From contig JBDRCH010000003.1 in the NCBI GenBank assembly GCA_043821945.1, positions 1 to 51,898 on the forward strand: a DNA stretch of 51,898 bases, written 5' to 3'. The DNA comes from an archaeon. Its GTDB lineage: Archaea > Nanobdellota > Nanobdellia > Pacearchaeales > GW2011-AR1. The notes under the pieces are model-generated. The model was not told the DNA's origin, ran no database searches, and was given only the letters and a program-made list of their open reading frames with translations. Below, in pieces: positions 17,168 to 25,964 of the stretch (position 1 is the first letter of the stretch; every line of letters starts with the position of its first letter). A program made the translations under genes and the position numbers.

Positions 17168-18061
17168 ATGATAAAGATAACTTTTTTAGGAACATCTGCA
17201 CAAATTCCTACTTCTAAGAGAAATCATACTGGAATTTTGTTGAACTTCAATGAAGAGAATATTTTAGTTGATTGTGGAGAAGGGATTCAAAGACAGTTCA
17301 GAAAAGCAAGATTAAATCCTTGTAAAGTGACGAGAATTTTAATTAGTCATTGGCATGGAGACCATGTTTTAGGTATTCCTGGAATTTTGCAGACTTTAGC
17401 GTTTAATGGATATAATAAGAATCTTTTTATTTATGGTCCTAAAGGAACTAAAGAATTTATGAAGATCCTCTTGAGAACTTTTGAGTTTACTAAAAATTAT
17501 AACATAAAAGTAGAAGAAGTTAGTGGAAAGTTTTTTGAAACAGATGAGTTTTATCTTGAAGCAAAATCAATGACTCACGGAATTCCAACAAATGCTTATA
17601 TTTTTGTTAAAAAAGGAAAGAGAAGAATTGACAAGAAAAAATTAAATGAACTTAAGTTGCCTTCTGGACCTTTGCTTAAAAAATTAAAAGAAGGAAAAGA
17701 TATTAATTTTAATAGTAAAAAATATCTAGCAAAAAATTTGACTTTCACCGAGGGAGATAAAAAAGTCTCTTTTGTTTTAGATACTTCTACTAACAAGCAG
17801 ATTGTGAATTTTGTTAAGAATTCTGATTTGTTAGTTTGTGAAGCTAGTTTTGATTCAAGTTTAGAAAGTAAAGCTAAAGAACATAAACATTTAACAGCAA
17901 AGCAAGCTGGAGAAATTGCTAAAAAATCAAAATCAAAAAAACTTTTATTGACCCATATAAGTCAAAGGTATGAAATTTATTTGAATAAAATTTTAGATGA
18001 TGCAAAGAAAGTTTTTAAAAATTCTTTTTTAGTCGAAGATCTTGATAAATTTGAGATTTGA
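17168..18061 (+). CDS. rnz: Ribonuclease Z
   Basis: FLGT, DCGEG, HWHGDH, HLTA and THIS.RY motifs. ATG at 17168 preferred over TTG at 17153. Confidence 0.93.
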   Translation: MIKITFLGTSAQIPTSKRNHTGILLNFNEENILVDCGEGIQRQFRKARLNPCKVTRILISHWHGDHVLGIPGILQTLAFNGYNKNLFIYGPKGTKEFMKILLRTFEFTKNYNIKVEEVSGKFFETDEFYLEAKSMTHGIPTNAYIFVKKGKRRIDKKKLNELKLPSGPLLKKLKEGKDINFNSKKYLAKNLTFTEGDKKVSFVLDTSTNKQIVNFVKNSDLLVCEASFDSSLESKAKEHKHLTAKQAGEIAKKSKSKKLLLTHISQRYEIYLNKILDDAKKVFKNSFLVEDLDKFEI

Positions 18062-18165
18062 TTATTCTTTAATTTTGATTATTTTTTGTGCACTTTAGTT
18101 TAACCTTAGTGAACAAAGTCGGCAGAACATTAAGGAAGTGAAAAAATTTACATCATTTTTTGAAA

Positions 18166-18240
18166 TGCCCCCGACAGGATTCGAACCTGCGACCTACTGC
18201 TTAGAAGGCAGTCACTCTATCCAGACTGAGCTACAGGGGC
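18166..18240 (-). tRNA. tRNA-Arg(TCT)
   Basis: ACTGC-CTTCTAA-GCAGT anticodon arm; canonical D and T arms. Confidence 0.95.
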
Positions 18241-18337
18241 CCTTATAATTCAAAAGAAAATCCTCTTTAAAATGTTTCTGATTATAAAAGTGAGAGATAA
18301 CTAATTTTAAATAGTTCTCTTATCTGTGTAGATTCAT

Positions 18338-18440
18338 GCGCGGATGGCACAAACTCCCATTTACATTCGATTTACTACATTCGCTAGCTCACTAATAAAA
18401 ACTCATGCAAATGCTCGGCGGTTACTACGCCTCTGTGCCA
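18338..18440 (+). ncRNA. Candidate small RNA or tRNA-Cys-derived pseudogene
   Basis: Begins with the same sequence as tRNA-Cys (16-bp repeat, 18336-18351 = 18478-18493). Has its own TATA-like box at about 18305-18312. TGGCACA…TGTGCCA closing stem. Confidence 0.4.
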
Positions 18441-18479
18441 ATGAATAATTTTATATATCCTTAGAATATCTTTTTTTAT

Positions 18480-18623
18480 GCGCGGATGGCACAGCGGCTA
18501 CTGCAATCGGTTGCAGAGTAAAAGAACCTAGGTTCTTCTTACGACATCTCCTAGAGATGCTCGCTTTGCTCGAGATAAAACGCAAAACCCGATTTTTCCT
18601 GGGTTCGAGTCCCAGTCCGCGCT
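18480..18623 (+). tRNA. tRNA-Cys(GCA) with a 71-nt intron at 37/38 (18517..18587)
   Basis: GCGCGGA/TCCGCGC acceptor and ATCGG/CCGAT anticodon stem. Bulge-helix-bulge: TTGC/GCAA helix with 3-nt bulges AGA and AAC. Confidence 0.9.
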
Positions 18624-18679
18624 TTTATAATATTGTAAATACTTCTTATAAAAACATATTCGCTGTAGAGAATTAATCT

Positions 18680-19477
18680 TTAATTCTTTCTATATCTTCT
18701 CTCAATTGCAAGTAGAATCATTGCGCCAAAAACCACAAAGACAAAAACATAAACAAATTTGCTTGTTTTAATATAACTAAATAATTCTCCTTCTGAATCT
18801 GGGTCAGGACTTATTCCTGTTATTCCTCTCGATGCACCTCCTGTGCTTTCATCTAAAACTCCTACTGCTTTACCTGTTAAACCTTTACCTGTTAGGGGAA
18901 CATCGTTAACTTCTAAGATTGGGGATGTTGTTCCATCTTCTTTAATCTGAATGTTGTAAACTCCTTCAGGAGCAATTAATCTATAAGAAATTGATTCACC
19001 TATACCTAAACGAGGAGTTTTGGTCCCTATTGTATCGCCGATTGTGATATATATTTTTTTTTCATAAATTGTGTTTCCGGTATTTGTTATTATTAATTTT
19101 TCTCCATCTAATTTAAATTCAGCTAATTCATTTTTCCCAACAAAAAAAGATTCAGAAATTTCTGTTCCTTTATAATTTGCAATCATTTTTCCTTCTCCTG
19201 CGATTATATTTTTATCTAACACTATTTTTGCAAAATTAGCTGATTTGATTGTCGTTTCTTTTATCTTAACTCCCTTTAAATCTTCTAGGATTATTAAAAC
19301 ATCATCTTCAATTATTTTATTATTGATATCTTGAAGAGTAACTTTTATTTGAATTGTTTGTCCTGGCTCGAATATTTTATCCTTGGGTATTGTCGAAATT
19401 TCCATTTTATATTCTTGAGCTATGATTAAAGAAGATAAGAATATTATCCCAAATAAGATGATTAAAATCTTTTTCAT
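18680..19477 (-). CDS. Membrane-anchored surface protein
   Basis: Signal peptide, beta-rich body, C-terminal TM helix with an ERRYRK tail. Confidence 0.75.
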   Translation of the reverse strand: MKKILIILFGIIFLSSLIIAQEYKMEISTIPKDKIFEPGQTIQIKVTLQDINNKIIEDDVLIILEDLKGVKIKETTIKSANFAKIVLDKNIIAGEGKMIANYKGTEISESFFVGKNELAEFKLDGEKLIITNTGNTIYEKKIYITIGDTIGTKTPRLGIGESISYRLIAPEGVYNIQIKEDGTTSPILEVNDVPLTGKGLTGKAVGVLDESTGGASRGITGISPDPDSEGELFSYIKTSKFVYVFVFVVFGAMILLAIERRYRKN

Positions 19478-19579
19478 ATATATTTTAATTATTAGGGATA
19501 TTTAAATATTATTGTTTGTATTTTTTAAGATTACTAAAAATTTAAAAATATTTAAAAATAGGGTTTGTTTTAATAAAAT

Positions 19580-22483
19580 ATGAAAGAAAGAGGAATTAAT
19601 TATCTTATTGTATTCATTGTTATTAGCGTTGCAGTTTTAGGATTGTTTTTCTTAAATAAAGGTCTTACTGGATTTGTTGTTTTTAACCAAGACGATCAAA
19701 CTGAATTTGATTTAGGAATTTATACAAATACTGAATGGAATGGAAGCGCTGTTGTTCTTTCGGAAAATAATTTGAGTGGAACATATATTAGTAAAGTTTT
19801 TGATGCTGAGGCTGATGCTGTTTGGAATAATCTGATGAAGGTGCAAAACACTCCAAATGTAGAAAGTTTTTATGTTGTTGATGGGGGGGGAGATATTTAT
19901 CAATCAACAGATTTTGGAGTTAATTGGGCTATAAGTCAAGAGAATTTTGGGAGAACAACTGCTACAGAAGATATGTTTTCTAATTCTAATTATCTTTATA
20001 TTCTTTCAAATTCTGGAAATGAAGTTTGGAGGTCAGTAGATGGAACTTCTTTTAGTGTTGTTAATAATAGTTTTTCAGCTTCTCCTTTAATTGGAGAGTC
20101 AGATTCTAATGGAAATTTATTTGTTGCAACTGCTCCTGGAACACTCTATAAATCTACTGATAATGGAATAACTTGGGAAGAAATTGGAGATTGTAATAAT
20201 GATGCAACTAATAATCCTAAGGGAATAGCGATTAATTCAACAGATGATATGTTTGTAGTAGATGGTGCAGGAGATGTTTATTCTTCTATTGATGCAGGGG
20301 TTACTTGGACAAAAGTTAATGATGGTTATGGGGGAAGTACTGGAACAGATGGGTTGAGTGTTGATAGTGATAATTATCTTTATATCTTGTTGGGTTCAGG
20401 TATTTATCAATCAACAGATGCAGGGGCTACTTGGAGTAAGATAAATGATGATTTTAGCCCTTATTCTAATGAAGGTTTTGAGATAATAATAAATGAAAAT
20501 AATATATTTGTTGCAGATGGTGCTGGTAGAATTTTTAAATCAATAAATTCTGGAGTTGATTTAGTAGAGCTTGGTGATTTTAATGGGGGAGCAAGCACTA
20601 CTCCTTTAGGATTAACTTTCTTTACCCAAAAGACTAACTTATCCTTTCAAGTTCGAAATTGTTCTTCTTCGGATTGTTCTGATGGAAGTTGGCAAGATGT
20701 TGATTTGAGTAATGTTGATTTAACTGGAAGATATTTTCAATACAGAGTTAATTTTACAAGTCCTGATTCTGGAACAACTCCTGTTTTGATAAGTGTTAGT
20801 ATTGATTATGATTTGATTAATCAAGCCCCTACAATCAGCTTAGTTTCTCCTCAGAATGGGACGACTTATGGGTATAATGAATCTATTCCTTTGAAATTTG
20901 TTACGAGTGATGTGGATGGAAATATTGATTCTTGTTGGTATAATATTGATGGGGGAGACAATGTGAAATTAAATGATTGTGCAAATACTACTTTTGACGT
21001 TGCTGGAAATGAGGATTATACCTTAACGATCTATGTAAACGATACCCAAGGTGAAGAAGCAAGTGATAGTGCAAGTTTTAGTGTCCAGATCGGAGCACCA
21101 ACAATAGAATTGACCTCTCCTATTGATTCTTACCTAAATGATAATAATATTATTTTCAGATATGTTCCTACTGATCTGGATTTGAATTCTTGTGAATTAT
21201 TAGGGGATTTTACTGGTAGTTTTGTTTCTAATCAAACAGATGTAAATCCTACGAGTGGCTCAGAAAATATTTTTAGTTTGTCATTAGCTGACGGAGTTTA
21301 TTTATGGAATATAAAATGTAATGATAGTCAAGGAAATATTGCTATGAATGGAAACAAAACTTTTTATGTCGATACAACTAATCCCATTTTGACTTTAATA
21401 GAACCAACAGGAAGTAAATCAAGTAGATTAATTTCTTTAGAGTGGAATGTTTCTGATAATAATTTGAATTCTTGTTTATACAATGTTTATCGGGGGGAAA
21501 ATATTGAAGTTGCAAATACCTCTGTAAGTTGTTCATCTGACTTAGCAAGTTTTAGTGTGACTGTTGATGCAAATTTTGTTTTAAACTTTTATGTTAATGA
21601 TTTGGCAGGAAACTCTGTTTTTGATTCCTCAAATTTCACTGTTTCAACTTCTTTAGGAGGAACAACAGTTGTTTCAGGAGGAAGTGGGGGGGGTGGAGGA
21701 AGTTCAACAACTATCATCACTCAGAATGGAACAACCAAATTAAATGTAGGGGAGATACAAAATTTACTTGTTGAACCAAAGTATGTTAAAAAAATTAAGT
21801 GGGGTGTTAAGAATACTGGGACTAATTTTCTTAATGATTGTAAAGTTAAGGGAGAGGGAAATTATGCCTCTTGGGTTTCATCTGATGAAATAAAAGATTT
21901 AGCTGCAGGAGAAGAACATGATTTTGTTTTTAATTTGAATGTTCCTGAAAATGTTGTGACTAGTAAATATGATCTAATAGTTTTATTAGACTGCCAGGAA
22001 ATTTCTGAAGCTTCTAGTTTTGTCGCAGAGATTATTGAAAAAAAATTGAATTTTGAATTAATAAAAGTTGAAAGAGAATCTAATGATCAAGTTAAAATAA
22101 TTTATTCTATAGAAGAGCTTTCTAATGTTGAGCAGAAAGTAGAGCTTCAGTTTTTGTTGTTTGATTCTAATAATGAAAAATCTATAGAGTCTAAAGAAAC
22201 CAAAACAATTTCTGCAGGTTCAAAAGAAGATTTTGAAACTTTTATCCTAATTGATTCTTCATTAGAAGGGGATTTGAGTTTGCTAGTTAATCTCAATTCA
22301 GAAACTTATTCAACATTTGTACAGGAAAATATTGTTTTGGGTTCCCCTATCAGTGGATTTGCTGTTTTTGGGAATGCGAGTAGTACTGATGGAGTGATTA
22401 GTATAGGATTGATTGCTCTATTTTTAGTGTTCGTTTTTTTTGTTATTAGAAGAATCTTAAAACATAAGAAAAAGAAAAAATAG
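19580..22483 (+). CDS. Surface protein with a BNR/Asp-box beta-propeller and Ig-like domains
   Basis: Repeated S.D.G.TW motifs, Ig-like repeats, poly-Gly linker, N- and C-terminal TM helices. Confidence 0.8.
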   Translation: MKERGINYLIVFIVISVAVLGLFFLNKGLTGFVVFNQDDQTEFDLGIYTNTEWNGSAVVLSENNLSGTYISKVFDAEADAVWNNLMKVQNTPNVESFYVVDGGGDIYQSTDFGVNWAISQENFGRTTATEDMFSNSNYLYILSNSGNEVWRSVDGTSFSVVNNSFSASPLIGESDSNGNLFVATAPGTLYKSTDNGITWEEIGDCNNDATNNPKGIAINSTDDMFVVDGAGDVYSSIDAGVTWTKVNDGYGGSTGTDGLSVDSDNYLYILLGSGIYQSTDAGATWSKINDDFSPYSNEGFEIIINENNIFVADGAGRIFKSINSGVDLVELGDFNGGASTTPLGLTFFTQKTNLSFQVRNCSSSDCSDGSWQDVDLSNVDLTGRYFQYRVNFTSPDSGTTPVLISVSIDYDLINQAPTISLVSPQNGTTYGYNESIPLKFVTSDVDGNIDSCWYNIDGGDNVKLNDCANTTFDVAGNEDYTLTIYVNDTQGEEASDSASFSVQIGAPTIELTSPIDSYLNDNNIIFRYVPTDLDLNSCELLGDFTGSFVSNQTDVNPTSGSENIFSLSLADGVYLWNIKCNDSQGNIAMNGNKTFYVDTTNPILTLIEPTGSKSSRLISLEWNVSDNNLNSCLYNVYRGENIEVANTSVSCSSDLASFSVTVDANFVLNFYVNDLAGNSVFDSSNFTVSTSLGGTTVVSGGSGGGGGSSTTIITQNGTTKLNVGEIQNLLVEPKYVKKIKWGVKNTGTNFLNDCKVKGEGNYASWVSSDEIKDLAAGEEHDFVFNLNVPENVVTSKYDLIVLLDCQEISEASSFVAEIIEKKLNFELIKVERESNDQVKIIYSIEELSNVEQKVELQFLLFDSNNEKSIESKETKTISAGSKEDFETFILIDSSLEGDLSLLVNLNSETYSTFVQENIVLGSPISGFAVFGNASSTDGVISIGLIALFLVFVFFVIRRILKHKKKKK

Positions 22484-22528
22484 TTATCCATATAAATATT
22501 TAAATAGTTTTATAGTACCTAATTAATA

Positions 22529-24187
22529 ATGGTATTTATTGTGAAAAAGAACATTAAAGGAAATGAATATTATTATCTTAATGAAAATAAGAGGGTAGAA
22601 GGAAAAGTAAAAACAAAATCCATTGCTTATTTAGGAAAAGATAAAAAACAGGCTGAGAAGAAAGCTAAGGAGATAATGGGTGGTCTGAAGAAAGGTAAAA
22701 ATGCAAAAGATGGGGAAGTCAAATTGCGAAGAGAGGAGATCTCAATAGAAGAACTTACTAATTTCTGTAAAAGAAAGGGGTTTGTTTTTAGAAGCTCGGA
22801 TATCTATGGGGGATTTGCTGGTTTTTGGGATTTTGGTCCTTTAGGAGTTGAATTATTTAATAATTTAAAACAAAATTGGTGGAATTATTTTGTTCGGAGT
22901 AAAGATAACATGATTGGAATAGATGCAAGCATAATTTCGCACCCTAAGACATGGAAAGCTTCTGGACATATTGAAAATTTTAATATTAATGATTTTTTAG
23001 TTACGTGCAAAAAATGTAAAAAATCAAACAAAGTTGATAAGCCTGATTTACATAAAGTTAAATGTGAATGTGGTGGAGAATATGACTGGAGTAAAGCAAG
23101 AATGATTGAACAAATGTTTAAAACAAAAGTCGGTGCAGATCAAAATGAGGCTTATCTTCGGGGAGAAACTGCTCAAGGGATGTTTATGAATTTTAAATTA
23201 ATTGAACAAAATTCAAGAATGAAAATTCCTTTTGGTGTAGCACAAATTGGTAGATGTTTCAGAAATGAAATTGCTCCAAGAGATTTTTTATTTAGATGTA
23301 GGGAATTTCATATAGGGGAATTTGAGTTTTTTATTTCTCCTGATGAAACAAAATGCGTGATTCTCGAAAACAAACACCTTAATCTTAAATTAAGATTACT
23401 TGATTCCGAAACCCAAAAAAAAGAAAGTGAAGAATTAAAAGAAACAACTATTAAAAAAATGTTAGAAGAAAAGAGATTAGAAGAATGGCATGCTTATTGG
23501 CTTGCTGAACAAATTATGTGGTTTAGGAGTTTAAATTTGGAAGATATAAAAATCAGAGAACATACAAAAGATGAATTAAGTCATTATTCTTCTGCAACTT
23601 TTGATATTGATTATGAATATCCTTTTGGAAGTAAAGAAGTTGCAGGAAATGCGAATCGTGGCCAATATGATTTAACTCAACACGAAAAAGAAAGTAAGCA
23701 GAAAATGGAAATTTTCGACGAGGAATCTGGAAAGAAAGTTTTACCTAGAGTAATTGAACCTACTTTTGGAATGGAAAGAGTTTTTTTGGCTATTTTAACA
23801 AATGCTTATTCAAAAAATGAAAAAGGAGAGATTGTTTTACGATTACCTACGAAACTTGCACCCATAAAAGCTGCTGTTTTTCCAATTATAAAAAGAGAAG
23901 ATTTTGAAAAAATTTCAGAGAAGATTGTTGATGATTTGAAAAAAGAATGGAATATTTTTTATGATAAATCTGGTTCAATCGGTAGAAGATATGCAAGAAA
24001 TGATGAAATAGGAACTCCTTTTTGTATTACTATTGACGGTGATTCTCTAAAAAATAAAAATGTTACAATTAGAGAAAGAGATACAACTAAACAAATTTGT
24101 GTTAAAATTTCTGAATTAAAAAATATTTTAAGACAATTAATTAATGGCGAAATAGAATTTTTAAACGCGGGAAAATTAGTTATATGA
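22529..24187 (+). CDS. glyS: Glycine--tRNA ligase (alpha2 type) with an extra N-terminal domain
   Basis: IYGG..G.WDFGPLG, LRGETAQG.F, FRNEI.PR, GSIGRRYAR.DEIGTP. Confidence 0.95.
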   Translation: MVFIVKKNIKGNEYYYLNENKRVEGKVKTKSIAYLGKDKKQAEKKAKEIMGGLKKGKNAKDGEVKLRREEISIEELTNFCKRKGFVFRSSDIYGGFAGFWDFGPLGVELFNNLKQNWWNYFVRSKDNMIGIDASIISHPKTWKASGHIENFNINDFLVTCKKCKKSNKVDKPDLHKVKCECGGEYDWSKARMIEQMFKTKVGADQNEAYLRGETAQGMFMNFKLIEQNSRMKIPFGVAQIGRCFRNEIAPRDFLFRCREFHIGEFEFFISPDETKCVILENKHLNLKLRLLDSETQKKESEELKETTIKKMLEEKRLEEWHAYWLAEQIMWFRSLNLEDIKIREHTKDELSHYSSATFDIDYEYPFGSKEVAGNANRGQYDLTQHEKESKQKMEIFDEESGKKVLPRVIEPTFGMERVFLAILTNAYSKNEKGEIVLRLPTKLAPIKAAVFPIIKREDFEKISEKIVDDLKKEWNIFYDKSGSIGRRYARNDEIGTPFCITIDGDSLKNKNVTIRERDTTKQICVKISELKNILRQLINGEIEFLNAGKLVI

Positions 24188-24284
24188 TTTTCCGTCGGTG
24201 ATTTTATATTATAAAAAATATTTTAAGGAAAGTTTTTTAAATAAACTATTCGTAGTATTATTAATTAAATTGAGGTGATTAAAA

Positions 24285-24482
24285 ATGGTAAAACCAAAGA
24301 CACCAAAACAATTTGCTGCTGCTATTAGAAAGCTTAAGAAAGATGTGACTAAGCTTGAAAAAGCAAAGAAAGCTGCTACTAAAAAGAAAAAGCCAGCAAA
24401 GAAAAAAGCAGTAAAAAAGAAAAAACCTGCTAAAAGAAAAGTAGCAAAAAGAAAGTCTTCTAAGAAAAAAAAGAGAAGATAA
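24285..24482 (+). CDS. Small Lys/Ala-rich basic protein (histone H1-like composition)
   Basis: GAGGTGA RBS; KKKKPAK repeats. Confidence 0.75.
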   Translation: MVKPKTPKQFAAAIRKLKKDVTKLEKAKKAATKKKKPAKKKAVKKKKPAKRKVAKRKSSKKKKRR

Positions 24483-24561
24483 ATAATTTATTTTTATTTT
24501 TATTTATTATAATTTTAGTTAAACCAATATATTTTTAATTGGTTGTTTGCTTTATTCTTTT

Positions 24562-24909
24562 ATGGATTGCATTTTTTGTAAGATATTTAGTGAATTAATC
24601 AAATCTAAAAAGATTATTTATGAGAATGATAATTTTTTTTCTATTCCTGATATTAATCCTTTAGTCGAGAGGCATTGTCTAGTTATTTCTAAGAAACATT
24701 TTGAAACTATTTTAGATTTGCCAGATAGTTCAGGTTCTGAGCTTTTAGAGTGTATTAAAAAAACTGCCTTAAAAATGATTGTAGAAACACAATCTAAGGG
24801 GTTTAATTTACATTTAAATTCATATAAGGTTGCAGGACAATTAGTTGAACATTTTCATATTCATCTTTTGCCTAGAAAAGAAGGAGATGGGTTTAAACCC
24901 TGTGCTTGA
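24562..24909 (+). CDS. HIT family nucleotide hydrolase
   Basis: DCIFCKI, AGQ.V.HFHIH motifs. ATG at 24562 preferred. Confidence 0.93.
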   Translation: MDCIFCKIFSELIKSKKIIYENDNFFSIPDINPLVERHCLVISKKHFETILDLPDSSGSELLECIKKTALKMIVETQSKGFNLHLNSYKVAGQLVEHFHIHLLPRKEGDGFKPCA

Positions 24910-25271
24910 TTTTTATTGATATAAATATAAATTAATATTGCAGAAAAAATTCCTAAACTATTTGTTAAAATGTCACTAAAGCTTGAAGATCTAAATGGAA
25001 CGAATAATTGATGAATTTCGTCTAGAAATGCTTGTGTTACTGATAGAATAATTACTAATATAATCTGTTTTGTTTTGATATCTTTTTGGCTTGTTGTAGC
25101 AAATAAGAAAAAGCTAAATAAAAAGAAAACAGTGAAATGATAAACTCTTGGAATCCATTGGTTTCCTCTGGTTCCTAATTCTTGATTTCCAGGAATAGAT
25201 GAAAAATAAAATATCTCTATTATGATCAGAAGAGTAAATAAAAAAGTTATTGTTTTATTTTTTTTGATCAT
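24861..25271 (-). CDS. VanZ family membrane protein
   Basis: DEIHQ.FVP.R..S..D…N motif. Confidence 0.88.
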   Translation of the reverse strand: MIKKNKTITFLFTLLIIIEIFYFSSIPGNQELGTRGNQWIPRVYHFTVFFLFSFFLFATTSQKDIKTKQIILVIILSVTQAFLDEIHQLFVPFRSSSFSDILTNSLGIFSAILIYIYINKNQAQGLNPSPSFLGKR

Positions 25272-25321
25272 TAATTAAGATTCTCTCTTAAGTTAAAAGA
25301 ATTGTTGTTAATTAAAACATA

Positions 25322-25394
25322 TGTCTCTGGAGGGAGTTTAACCCTCGACCCCTGCCTCATGAGAGCAGTGCTCTAAACGCTGAGCTACAGAGAC
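25322..25394 (-). tRNA. tRNA with CAT anticodon (elongator Met or Ile2), atypical
   Basis: GTCTCTG/CAGAGAC acceptor, CTGCT-CTCATGA-GGCAG anticodon arm, T-loop TTAAACT. Confidence 0.8.
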
Positions 25395-25444
25395 AAAATT
25401 AAGATAAAAAGAGAATTTAAAAAGTTTGTTTTATTGAATAAATT

Positions 25445-25723
25445 ATGGTTTTGGAAAATGTTGGCAATGCAATAGTCGATGAAGTTACAAATTCTTCAAC
25501 TTCTGCAGTTTTTAACGTAGTTTCAGAGCTTGGAAAAATAGGTAACTGGCTTCAGGCTATTGGAATTATAGTTGTAATCTGGATTATAATACAAGTAGTT
25601 AATTTTATTTTTAATCATAAAAAAAAGAACTATTTGAAATCTATTGAACAAAGATTAAAGCAAGTTGAGAAAAAAATAGACAAATTATCTAAATCAGGTA
25701 AGAAAATAGCGAGAAAAAGATAA
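25445..25723 (+). CDS. Single-TM protein with a short coiled coil
   Basis: Hydrophobic helix followed by IEQRLKQVEKKIDKL. Confidence 0.7.
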   Translation: MVLENVGNAIVDEVTNSSTSAVFNVVSELGKIGNWLQAIGIIVVIWIIIQVVNFIFNHKKKNYLKSIEQRLKQVEKKIDKLSKSGKKIARKR

Positions 25724-25933
25724 TTATTCTTTTTGAAGAATTTTTGGTCTTTCTAACTTTTCTTGTTTTTTTAATCTTGCTAAAAATCCCGCCATTTGAT
25801 TTCTTATTTTTTTGCTAGGCATAGTATTCTTTAATATCCTTTTATTCTCTGTAAAATTTTCATTAAATTTAATACCTTCTTTTAAAAGTATCTGTCCCGA
25901 CCTTCTTATTAATTTTGATTTTGTTTTTCCCAT
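25724..25933 (-). CDS. rps17e: 30S ribosomal protein S17e
   Basis: MGK.K…F..NK…SKKIRN.MAG motif. Confidence 0.92.
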   Translation of the reverse strand: MGKTKSKLIRRSGQILLKEGIKFNENFTENKRILKNTMPSKKIRNQMAGFLARLKKQEKLERPKILQKE

Positions 25934-25964
25934 ATCTAACCTATTTTTTGACCTTATTTAAATT

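Noticed and set aside
25322-25394. Reading the tRNA as a TCA (Sec or opal suppressor) species
   Set aside because: Stem geometry centres CAT in the 7-nt loop, there is no long variable arm, and TGA serves as a normal stop in several genes here.
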